DNA from: Candidatus Micrarchaeota archaeon
GTDB taxonomy: Archaea; Micrarchaeota; Micrarchaeia; Micrarchaeales; CABMGC01
Length of the DNA stretch: 64,000 nt
Direction of reading: 5' to 3'
Assembly: GCA_021797745.1 (NCBI GenBank)
Contig: JAJZZD010000001.1
Location: forward strand, 64,468 to 128,467
In this document: in pieces, positions 18,986 to 27,179 of the stretch
How positions within the stretch are numbered: the first letter of the stretch is position 1
Layout of the letters: each line of letters opens with the position of its first letter
Translations under genes and position numbers: made by a program
The notes under the pieces: generated by a model
The model's database searches: none
What the model was told of the DNA's origin: nothing
The model's input: only the letters and a program-made list of their open reading frames with translations

Positions 18986-20641
18986 GAAATGAAACGGGAA
19001 CAATCGCTCGGTTCTGCAGAACAGCAGAGCGAAAGCGTTTACGGGGAAGTAATACGCGGGCTCGTAACAGGAAACTCTTCTTCTAATGTAGGCCAGCTCA
19101 AACAATACCTTAATGACAGGCTTATAGAAAGGGAAAAAGAAGTCTTGGCAGTTATGGCTGGCTTGTTTTCAAATGAGCCAGTTCTGCTTTTGGGTCCTGT
19201 CGGTACGGGCAAAACAAAGCTTGTAGAGACGCTCGGAGAGGCAATCAACGGGAAATACTATTACTACCTGCTCCACCAATTCATGGAGCCTGACGAGCTG
19301 CTCGGGCCGCCTAACGTTAAAAAATACATAGAAGAAGGCAAGTATGAAAGGTCAGATTCCGGGGGACTGCAGCATGCAAACGTGGTATTTTTCGATGAGC
19401 CGTTCAAGGCGTCTTCGCCCGTAAGGAACATGCTTCTTGACATAATACTGTACAAGCGTTACAAGAGCGGGGACAGCGAGGTAAAGCTTCCAATATTGGG
19501 AATGTTTATGGCAGCGAACGAGCTGCCGGAAGACGAGGAAGACGCAGCATTCAAGGACAGGCTCGTGATCAAGGTTTTCGTGTCGCCTCTCAGCCAGGAA
19601 GGCAGGCAGAAAATGCTGAAGTCGCAGGGAGAATCCGATGCAGATTCCAAGTCAATTAAAAAGATAATGAGCATCGATGAGGTTAAAGCAATGCAGGAAG
19701 AAACGGCTAAGCGGGCAGAAAGTGCAAAAAGCAACGACAAGCTCATGGCAAGCTTCGGTGAAGCTATGGCCGAAATACAGAAAAACGGCGTAGTGACATC
19801 AGACAGGACTTACAAGAAAATCTGGAAAGTAGCTGCTTCTGTATCGTTGGCGCTTGAAGAAAAAGAGATGACGAGCGAGGACATAGCAATAGCTATGTTC
19901 CTGTGCGCTCCGAACAAGGCAGAGGATCGCGCAGTCATAGAAGATGCAATATCGAAAACGCACCTGAGCGCAGTACTTGACTCTGCAAAGGTAATTTTCA
20001 CTGTTAAAACAGAGGTTTCTAACGGAATCAAGAATACTTCCGAAGCTGCGCAGCGCTTCGCAGAAGAAAAAGCCGCAAGAGACAGGCTGCAAGTCGACAA
20101 GAACCAGTTCAGCACGGATTATTTCAGGGCACTTTCAGAATACGTGCAAAATGCCGAAAATCTGCGGATAACTGTAGATCAGGCAAAAGAAATAGAAAAG
20201 AAATATCAATCTGCCAAGGGGCTAGATGGATTCAACAAGCAGCTGGGGGAGCAGCTTGCTAAAGCAGAGGAGCAAATAAAGTCAGTTGACATACAGAAGC
20301 TGAAGAACGAGCTTGAGAAGGAGCAGAAGAAAAAAGAAAAGAGCGAAAGGAACGGTTCGCCTTACGATCAGTTTGAGGTGCAAGCGACTATTCAGAAATC
20401 GCCGCTTCTGGAAACTGACAAGCTTATGCTCCAGCAAAAACTCAGGACTCTGCCAAGTAATAAATCCGAGGTAAAGGCCATTGCCGATTCGGTGCGCGCC
20501 AAAATGCTCAAAGCAGAAAGAGCTGAAATGTCTGAGCGGCTTGTGTTTATGCTGCATGCTGAAAGTGCAACATCAACAACTGTCGGTCAACCTGTGCATA
20601 GTGAGCATAGCAAAAAGCCGCGCGCAGTCCGCACAGTCTAA
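18986..20641 (+). CDS. MoxR-class AAA+ ATPase, RavA-like, with a long coiled-coil C-terminal extension
   Basis: Walker A 'LLLGPVGTGKT' and Walker B 'VVFFDEPFKASSPVRNMLLDII'. 'MEPDELLGPPNVKKYIEEGKYER', 'AANELPEDEE...FKDRL' and 'SDRTYKKIWKVAAS' parallel E. coli RavA blocks. Start is uncertain: tracked TTG 18881, ATG 18926, or ATG 18986. Confidence 0.85.
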   Translation, partial: EMKREQSLGSAEQQSESVYGEVIRGLVTGNSSSNVGQLKQYLNDRLIEREKEVLAVMAGLFSNEPVLLLGPVGTGKTKLVETLGEAINGKYYYYLLHQFMEPDELLGPPNVKKYIEEGKYERSDSGGLQHANVVFFDEPFKASSPVRNMLLDIILYKRYKSGDSEVKLPILGMFMAANELPEDEEDAAFKDRLVIKVFVSPLSQEGRQKMLKSQGESDADSKSIKKIMSIDEVKAMQEETAKRAESAKSNDKLMASFGEAMAEIQKNGVVTSDRTYKKIWKVAASVSLALEEKEMTSEDIAIAMFLCAPNKAEDRAVIEDAISKTHLSAVLDSAKVIFTVKTEVSNGIKNTSEAAQRFAEEKAARDRLQVDKNQFSTDYFRALSEYVQNAENLRITVDQAKEIEKKYQSAKGLDGFNKQLGEQLAKAEEQIKSVDIQKLKNELEKEQKKKEKSERNGSPYDQFEVQATIQKSPLLETDKLMLQQKLRTLPSNKSEVKAIADSVRAKMLKAERAEMSERLVFMLHAESATSTTVGQPVHSEHSKKPRAVRTV

Positions 20642-20668
20642 CTACTGACAATCTATCAAACGGCGGCC

Positions 20669-22366
20669 TTATTTACTTGTAGAATTGCTTTGTACGTAGT
20701 ATAACCACGCATAAAAATGCGATGAAGAGCCGTTCACTAACTGCGATATGCCCGGCGGAACTCCAGGGTCTAAAGCGATGCTCCAACCAGAGCAGTATTC
20801 GTTAGGGTCAGGAGTGTAATTCAAGTTGTCGAACGTGGCGTATTTAGGAACGATCACATAAGCGCCAACAGGTAGGTCGCTGCAATTGGGCATATCTGCA
20901 TAATTATGGTATCTGCTCATATTGCTAAAACCGTTGTATATCATCACATCAGAAAGCCCATTGACATAGTATATCTTTGTTGTGTTTGGCAATGCTGATA
21001 GATACTGAGCTATCTGCACCTGGTCGTAGCGTTGTGCATACATTATGCTACTCCACCTGCGATCTATTAATAATGCAGTCCCAATAATGAAAAGCAAGGA
21101 TAACGCAGATACCTCAAGTGCTGCCAATGTCTTTCCATTAATTTTTTTGATATTTCCCACAGACCTAGTTATGGCAATTGCGATGAGCAGTGCAACAGGC
21201 ACAGCAACTAGGTTTAGATACCTGTCAATCCTGTACATCAGCAGATATTGCAAAGGATTTATCGATATATGCATAGGACCCATTTCTAGATAAAGGAAGC
21301 CTGCAAAAAACCAGAATGCCGGAAAATAAGCGCGTTTTTCCTTTCTTATAGCAAGGTAAACTAACGACGCCGCTAATGCGTAAAAATAGAAACCTACAGT
21401 ATTCTGGTTTGATAGCATGTCATAAATTCCACCAAACATCACTTGTGGCGTGTATGGAAACATGATATTAAAATAAAACGAAAGATTAGTGTCAGTTGAT
21501 GGAATAGTATTTTGACCGCCTACTGCTGAAAAGAAATGAGCGGTTCCGGTAATGCTTATGAATGGATTTCCTGAATTCCAATAATTGAACAGAAGCAGCA
21601 AAAACATAAACACGATAATTCCGTAAAAGAAAAATAGAAAAATCCTGTCAACTTTAATTTTTTTTCTGAATATTTCTACAGCAAGATATGCAACAATTAC
21701 AACTCCTATTATACCGCCTTCAGGCGTGACCAAGAAAGAGGCAAGGGCAAACGGCGCGAGTACAAAGTACCAGAATCTAGATTTTCTCTTTTCTGCTTTT
21801 ATTAAAGCCAGCATTGCCGCTGACGCAAACAGCATCATGGGTATGTTGTCGCTCATAGTCATGGCATAAACTACTGATATTGGAAAAAAAGACATGAGAA
21901 AAGCAGCCAGCAAGCCCGCATATTCGCTGTAGATCTCTTTACCTATGTAAAAAGTTATCACTATTGTGAGCACGAAAGACAGCGAGTCCCATGCCTGGCT
22001 GGTATATATGTTTGCTCCTAGCAACCAGTAAAAAAATGCAATCGGATATACTTGCAGAATGCGCAGACTGAATATGTAACTTGACTCGTGGAATGTTCCT
22101 GTTGCAATCTGGTTTGCAAGCCCCGCATATGCAACATCGTCTCCGAAGTTAGACGGGCCTGTTGCGTTAAGAATTGAGTAAATTGCAGTATACAGCAAAA
22201 TTATTGTTAATGCAAAATAAACTGTCTTTTTGTCTTCAAGTATATTTTTTGCCTTTTTTGACAAAGCCATATTTTTATTTGCGTTTATCGCTCCTCTTTT
22301 GTTTCGATTGTTTTTAATCCTCTTAGGTTTCAGCATCAAAATTCGCCCATACTTATACATATTCAC
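20669..22366 (-). CDS. GT-C fold membrane glycosyltransferase (GT39/ArnT/PMT-like)
   Basis: 565 aa, polytopic. The first loop carries 'NFGDDVAYAGLANQIATG' (acidic DD motif). The C-terminal domain is soluble. Its GTG start overlaps the carbamoyltransferase stop (GTGA). Confidence 0.75.
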   Translation of the reverse strand: MNMYKYGRILMLKPKRIKNNRNKRGAINANKNMALSKKAKNILEDKKTVYFALTIILLYTAIYSILNATGPSNFGDDVAYAGLANQIATGTFHESSYIFSLRILQVYPIAFFYWLLGANIYTSQAWDSLSFVLTIVITFYIGKEIYSEYAGLLAAFLMSFFPISVVYAMTMSDNIPMMLFASAAMLALIKAEKRKSRFWYFVLAPFALASFLVTPEGGIIGVVIVAYLAVEIFRKKIKVDRIFLFFFYGIIVFMFLLLLFNYWNSGNPFISITGTAHFFSAVGGQNTIPSTDTNLSFYFNIMFPYTPQVMFGGIYDMLSNQNTVGFYFYALAASLVYLAIRKEKRAYFPAFWFFAGFLYLEMGPMHISINPLQYLLMYRIDRYLNLVAVPVALLIAIAITRSVGNIKKINGKTLAALEVSALSLLFIIGTALLIDRRWSSIMYAQRYDQVQIAQYLSALPNTTKIYYVNGLSDVMIYNGFSNMSRYHNYADMPNCSDLPVGAYVIVPKYATFDNLNYTPDPNEYCSGWSIALDPGVPPGISQLVNGSSSHFYAWLYYVQSNSTSK

Positions 22367-24093
22367 TGCGTGCGTTTTTCAACGAAGAAATTTCCAATCG
22401 CAAGATATTTTGCACCTGTATTTTCCAGCGTCCAGAGTGCGTCTTCTGGGCTCATTACTATAGGCATGCCATGCTTGTTGAAACTTGTGTTTAGCAGTGC
22501 ACCGTACCCTGTTTTCTTTTTAATCTTAAGAAGCAATTGCCTGTACGCGCCATTCTCGTCGCTTAAAATCTGCGGCCTGGTTGTCATGTCTATGTGCGAT
22601 GCGGCTACAAGACTGTTGAATTTTTGCCGTTTAACTTTGTAACCCATTGTCATGAACCTACTGACTCTCGGATAAGGATCTAGCAGCGATTTCGCGTCCT
22701 CTTCCAATATTGTGCTGGCAAAAGGTTGGTAATACGGCCTCTTTTTGATTATCAGATTTATTTCGTTCCTGTTCTCTTGAATGTCTGGTCTCGCGAGTAC
22801 GCTCCTGTTGCCCAACGCCCTCGGCCCGTATTCCATTTTTCCCTGGAACCACAGAACTATCTTATTCTCATCAGCTATTAGCTCTGCAGTATATGCTGGA
22901 ATATCCGCTATTTCTTCGTAGTCTATTTTTCGTGCTTTTGCATTTTTCTTCAATGAATTTTCTATTATCGCATCAGAGTACTCCTGCCCGTAGTATACAT
23001 TGCTTATCTGTTTGCCGTTAAACCTGCCATTCTCCTGATAATCTACATAGTATGCTGCGCCCATCGCAAGACCTCCGTCGCCCATGTGCGGGAAAACAAA
23101 GAATTCCTTAACCTCTGGCAGTTCGTTTATCATCATGTTCACAATAACATTCGAAAAAAATCCTCCGGAAACAGCGATGCTCCTTATTTTTGTCTCCTTT
23201 ATGTAATTTTTGACAATTTTCATTACTTGATTCTCTACGTGCTTTTGCACTGCGAAAGCAAGCGTTTCTCGGTTATACTTCCACAACAAACTGTTTCTTA
23301 TTCGCTCTGCAAGCAGCATCTCGTATTTGGTGCCTAGTCTGCTAACTAACTGTTTTTTCTTTTCATCATAAATCACAAAGTCGTCGAGTTCTGTTATATT
23401 TTCGTGGTATGAGTATGCAGCCAAGCTCATCAGTTTGCCTTCGTCTTCGCTGTATCTCAAATCGCATGCAAGCGTAGCAGCCCCATAAAGCAGCCCTAAG
23501 CTGGCGCTTGCCTTGAATTCGTTTATCCTCTTTAGCTCACCATTTTCGCCTATGCTAACAGTTCCACTCAGGCCGTCCCCTGCTCCATCCAAAGTTATCA
23601 CTAGCGCATTTTTGAATCCGGACGGATAGTAAGCTGAAGAAGCGTGTGCGAGATGATGTTCAACAAATTCCAATTTTTTGTTTATCCCTAGCTTCCTAAA
23701 TCGCCGCCTCAAAAAATTTCCGCCAACGCCTACGCCAAGCGCATTCCATATCCTATGTGGTCGCTGATTTTGGATCAGTTTGAAAACCACATTTGTAAGC
23801 TTCATCCTAGCTATGCCTGGCTTTTTTGTCTGCTTCCTCCAAAGCAGCCTGCGCCTGACTTCAAGACGCGGGAAGACCCTGGCGAAAAGAGCACTTCCTC
23901 CTATCCAAGGAATCGCAATTTTTGATACTTCCCGATCTGAGTTTTTCAGCAAATAGCTTATCGAGTTGACAGGAAACCCAACATCGTTCTTTCTTTTTGT
24001 GAAACGTTCCTCGTTCACGGCGCCGATCACATTTGCATTGTCAACAACAGCAGCTCCAGCATCGTGTGCGTCATGCACTCCCAAAACTGACAT
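22363..24093 (-). CDS. NodU/CmcH-family carbamoyltransferase
   Basis: 576 aa. N-terminal 'VLGVHDAHDAGAAVVDN', 'ITLDGAGDGLSG', and a C-terminal 'NTSFNKHGMPIV' block typical of carbamoyltransferase C domains. Confidence 0.9.
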   Translation of the reverse strand: MSVLGVHDAHDAGAAVVDNANVIGAVNEERFTKRKNDVGFPVNSISYLLKNSDREVSKIAIPWIGGSALFARVFPRLEVRRRLLWRKQTKKPGIARMKLTNVVFKLIQNQRPHRIWNALGVGVGGNFLRRRFRKLGINKKLEFVEHHLAHASSAYYPSGFKNALVITLDGAGDGLSGTVSIGENGELKRINEFKASASLGLLYGAATLACDLRYSEDEGKLMSLAAYSYHENITELDDFVIYDEKKKQLVSRLGTKYEMLLAERIRNSLLWKYNRETLAFAVQKHVENQVMKIVKNYIKETKIRSIAVSGGFFSNVIVNMMINELPEVKEFFVFPHMGDGGLAMGAAYYVDYQENGRFNGKQISNVYYGQEYSDAIIENSLKKNAKARKIDYEEIADIPAYTAELIADENKIVLWFQGKMEYGPRALGNRSVLARPDIQENRNEINLIIKKRPYYQPFASTILEEDAKSLLDPYPRVSRFMTMGYKVKRQKFNSLVAASHIDMTTRPQILSDENGAYRQLLLKIKKKTGYGALLNTSFNKHGMPIVMSPEDALWTLENTGAKYLAIGNFFVEKRTQ

Positions 24094-24180
24094 GAGTCCA
24101 CCTTAAATTATCGGCCTGTGCTTATTTAGACGTTGTGTTTTTTATATCTACGAGAACTTTGAACTTGGGCCAGTTTGCAT

Positions 24181-24522
24181 TCATTCACGTTTTACTGCAG
24201 GATTAGGAGAAAGCACAACAACAACCTTGCCGTTCTTCTGCAAATAGCCCAGCTTCTCAATTTTCAGTCGCCATCGCCCATTGTCTTGCTCAAGTTTGAC
24301 GCTGAACGTGTTGAATAAGCTCGTTGCCGGATTTATTACAGTAACGTGGGCATATTCCCCATTTCTTTCTACAAATTTATCGAGCTCTCTTGATTCCAAG
24401 TCAAGCTTTCCTTCGATGACGTTAACGTTATCAAATTTTACAGAGTCTGACATATTTTCTTCTGCTACACCTGCTTCGCCACTTTCATTCTGTGCGTTTG
24501 TAGGTTTTCTGAAAAATTCCAT
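24181..24522 (-). CDS. Hypothetical small protein
   Basis: The tracked ORF (to 24639) runs into tRNA-Met. Start moved to the internal Met 'MEFFRKPT' (24522); 'MSDSVKF' (24453) is also possible. Confidence 0.4.
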   Translation of the reverse strand: MEFFRKPTNAQNESGEAGVAEENMSDSVKFDNVNVIEGKLDLESRELDKFVERNGEYAHVTVINPATSLFNTFSVKLEQDNGRWRLKIEKLGYLQKNGKVVVVLSPNPAVKRE

Positions 24523-24593
24523 GCGTCTCAAAGATTTATCACATAGAAAACATATAACGATTGCGCATTTCTGTGCAAAACTATAACCGCTCC

Positions 24594-24714
24594 TGGCGGG
24601 GGAGTGATTTGAACCCTCGACCTCTAGATTTCTTAGCAATCATCGCAAAATGCTCATCACTCATAATGCTTGGCATATGAGTCTAGCGCTCTAACCAGGC
24701 TGAGCTACCCCGCC
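24594..24714 (-). tRNA. tRNA-Met (CAU; elongator type or Ile2-type) with a 46-nt canonical-position intron
   Basis: Minus strand: GGCGGGG-TA-GCTC-AGCCTGGTTA-GAGC-G-CTAGA-CTCATA[intron 24675..24630]A-TCTAG-AGGTC-GAGGG-TTCAAAT-CACTC-CCCCGCC-A. One G:A mismatch in the T stem. No encoded CCA. Confidence 0.85.
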
Positions 24715-24720
24715 TTGCTG

Positions 24721-24763
24721 ATATAAATAAATAGCAAACAAATAAATAACACATAAATAGCAA
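24721..24763. promoter_or_regulatory. Shared divergent tRNA promoter region with repeated TATA-like elements
   Basis: 'TAAATAGCAA' occurs at 24728-24737 and 24754-24763, and 'AATAAATAAC' at 24741-24750. The 24754 copy is centred about 27 nt upstream of tRNA-His position -1. The 24741 element sits about 30 nt upstream of tRNA-Met on the other strand. Confidence 0.4.
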
Positions 24764-24783
24764 GTGCATCAAATCCCACATAT

Positions 24784-24855
24784 GGCCTTGGTGGTGTAAT
24801 GGCCGCATAAAGGGCTGTGGACCCTCAGGACCGGGTCCGATTCCCGGCCAAGGCC
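24784..24855 (+). tRNA. tRNA-His (GUG) with genomically encoded G-1
   Basis: G(-1)GCCTTGG...CCAAGGC-C. G-1 pairs with C73. The anticodon loop is CTGTGGA. The T loop reads TCCGATT, that is C at the normally invariant U55 position. Confidence 0.85.
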
Positions 24856-25160
24856 TTCTTCGTTCATTTTAATGGCTTTTTGCATAGTCTGTTACTGGTC
24901 TCCGCGCACTATGACTTTAATCTGCGCATGAGACAAGCAAGGGTCTTGCTTAAGCAACTCTTTTATCTGCGCCATCTTGGATTTATGATCATAATCATTG
25001 CAAGCAGTTTGCAATTCCCATCCGCCACGAATTTCACAGAGATTTAGTTTTAATAAACGCTTGCAATGAAAACTAGACATTTGCTGTCTTAATGATTACT
25101 GCCATAAACAATCATGCATTTTTGTCCCTCTCTCAATGTCTGTGAAGCTAAAAAATAGTT

Positions 25161-26687
25161 TCAAAACAGATGCAGTGCCCAGAAACGCATCAACTTTACC
25201 AAAGCTTTGCGAAAGTCACCTGAATTTTTCTTCACGTCTTTTACCAACGATTTGTATCTCACTTTTTCCTCTGGCGTAAGCTTTCCCTCTTTTTCAGTTA
25301 CTGTCTTTTTGCCGTCTACAACCTGCGTTTCCGTCTTGTGAATTATTTCTTTCCTTACCATGCCGTACCATTCGTCGAGTGTACTCCCGTGGAGCCTTAT
25401 CATTCTTATGAAATCGCTCATCTTCACAGGGCGCTTCTTGCCGGTCCTGTCCTCCTCCACTGCCGGGATGAGTGCAGCTTTATCGCATATTTCAGCTATG
25501 TCTGCTTGTGAAAATCCCATTGTGGCACGTGCCAATCTTCCAAAGTTAATGAATTTCGAAAGTGGCATCTTTCTCGTGTTATACTTAAATGCGCTCTTTC
25601 TCGTCATATAACTTGGCGGCGGAAAATAAATCTGTTCTCCGAATCTGCCGCTCCTCTTAAGCGCAGGATCCATGTCCCACGGTTGGTTTGTCGCGCCTAT
25701 TACGAATATGCCTTCAGGGTTTGTTTCCACCCCATCCATTTCCTGCAGGAACGCATTGACAGCCATCCTCATATAGCCCATCTGGTCTCCTCCGCCCTCT
25801 CTTTTCATTCCCATCGCGTCGATTTCGTCGAAGAATATTATACACGGTGTGTGCTTTCTCGCCTGCTCGAAAATTGCATGTAGGTTCTTTTCAGTGTTGC
25901 CTGCATACATATCTACTATCTCGTTTATTCTTGCTATTATCATGTTAGACTTTGTTTCTCCGGCGATGGCCTTTACCAAGTATGTTTTGCCTCCTCCCGG
26001 CGGTCCATAGAACAGTACTCCTACGCCTAGTTTTTTGCCGTACGCCCTCAGCAGTTCTGGCTTTTTTATCGCGAGTATTATATTGTCGTATATTGCCTCT
26101 TTTTCCTTTTTCATTCCCACTATGTCATTGAACGATATGTTCGATGTGTACCATTTCACTGATTTTATCTGCCCTTCTTCAGACACTGTTTTTCCACCTA
26201 CCTCTTCCTGCTCCACCGAAACTTCTTTCGACGGTTTACTCACGCCTTTCGGCTGCGACATTTTGGCCTTGAGGTCCTCGAGCTTGGTCTTGGCCTGCAT
26301 ATAGTCAGGATTCGCCTTAAGCGATTTCTCGTACCACTCTTTTGCTTCCTCATATTTCATTTGATATTCGTTTATCACGCCCATTACGAATGGCGCGTCG
26401 CAGCTGTCAGGCTCTAGGTCAAGCACTTTTTCGGCGTCGCGCGTAGCCTCGGCATACTTGCTTATTATCGCGTACGAAAGCGCCCTGTTGAAATACGCGT
26501 TAGAATAAATCGGGTCAAGCTTTATGGCCTGCGAGTAAAAATCTATTGCTTCTTCGAATTTGTCATTTTCAAAGGCTTCTCCTGCCTTTTGATACAGCTC
26601 CTTGGCCTGTGGATTTCTAGTATCATATTTTGGCTGGTCTTTCGGCTTGTTGCTACTTCCTCCTCCTTTTTTGGGTTGGTCTGCCAT
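25161..26687 (-). CDS. TPR-repeat-fused classical AAA ATPase
   Basis: N-terminal TPRs ('AIDFYSQAIKLDPIYSNAYFNRALSY', 'AKEWYEKSLKANPDYMQA'). The AAA module has 'GVLFYGPPGGGKTYLVKAIAGE', 'CIIFFDEIDAM' and 'VIGATNQPWDMDPALKRSGRF'. An own TATA-like 'CTATAAATAG' lies about 35 nt upstream. Confidence 0.88.
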   Translation of the reverse strand: MADQPKKGGGSSNKPKDQPKYDTRNPQAKELYQKAGEAFENDKFEEAIDFYSQAIKLDPIYSNAYFNRALSYAIISKYAEATRDAEKVLDLEPDSCDAPFVMGVINEYQMKYEEAKEWYEKSLKANPDYMQAKTKLEDLKAKMSQPKGVSKPSKEVSVEQEEVGGKTVSEEGQIKSVKWYTSNISFNDIVGMKKEKEAIYDNIILAIKKPELLRAYGKKLGVGVLFYGPPGGGKTYLVKAIAGETKSNMIIARINEIVDMYAGNTEKNLHAIFEQARKHTPCIIFFDEIDAMGMKREGGGDQMGYMRMAVNAFLQEMDGVETNPEGIFVIGATNQPWDMDPALKRSGRFGEQIYFPPPSYMTRKSAFKYNTRKMPLSKFINFGRLARATMGFSQADIAEICDKAALIPAVEEDRTGKKRPVKMSDFIRMIRLHGSTLDEWYGMVRKEIIHKTETQVVDGKKTVTEKEGKLTPEEKVRYKSLVKDVKKNSGDFRKALVKLMRFWALHLF

Positions 26688-26746
26688 GTTTCCTATATGT
26701 ATTATGCCTTCTATTTATAGTTTTTGCTGTCGAGGAATGCGGCGAT

Positions 26747-27169
26747 TCATTCTGATTTTTCAATTTTATCGAGCAGGACATTCAGTTCTTTGTCAACGAT
26801 CTGTATGTACTTGTTTTCCCTCCTGGGATTGAAAAGTTCGTATTTCTTGAATTTGAGCAGCAATTCTTTTGCTTCTCCGTTTAATTTTTTCATTTTTGGG
26901 TCTTTTACTTTGAAATTGCCAGCAAGCTGATTTATTACGAGCCTGCTATCGCAATAAAGTTCTATTTCGTTTTCTACCCCAAATTCCTTTTCCATGTCCT
27001 TGAGCGCAGCCACTATCGCAGTGTATTCTGCAGCATTATTGGTTATTCTGCCATTGTAGAAAAAGTTGCTTTTTACAAGCGCGTAGTTTTCATCATATAC
27101 ACAGTAGCCTGATGCGCTGTGTCCTGGGTTTCCTCGCGAAGCGCCATCTGTGTAAACGTAATATCTCAT
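26747..27169 (-). CDS. rnhA: Ribonuclease HI (type 1 RNase H)
   Basis: 'YVYTDGASRGNPG', 'NNAAEYTAIVAAL', 'LYCDSRLVINQL' and 'RRENKYIQIVDKELN' supply the DEDD-type residues. Start taken at the internal Met 'MRYYVYTDG', 10 nt after the upstream stop. Confidence 0.88.
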   Translation of the reverse strand: MRYYVYTDGASRGNPGHSASGYCVYDENYALVKSNFFYNGRITNNAAEYTAIVAALKDMEKEFGVENEIELYCDSRLVINQLAGNFKVKDPKMKKLNGEAKELLLKFKKYELFNPRRENKYIQIVDKELNVLLDKIEKSE

Positions 27170-27179
27170 AAAATAACCC

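Noticed and set aside
24523-24639. N-terminal extension of the tracked 152-aa minus-strand ORF
   Set aside because: It overlaps the tRNA-Met gene on the same strand, so the start was moved to an internal Met.
24630-24675. Box C/D-like elements (GTGATGA, CGATGA) inside the tRNA-Met intron, recalling intron-encoded methylation guides
   Set aside because: There is no CTGA D or D' box, the spacing between the two C-like boxes is only 7 nt, and the putative guide has no complement in the tRNA. The intron (46 nt) is too short for a full C/D RNA.
24817-25080. Two small mutually antisense ORFs (76 aa plus strand, 62 aa minus strand) next to tRNA-His
   Set aside because: The plus-strand ORF starts inside the tRNA. 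The minus-strand ORF has no motif beyond a vaguely HTH-like tail. Neither has a convincing start context. They may be remnants, but that cannot be supported.
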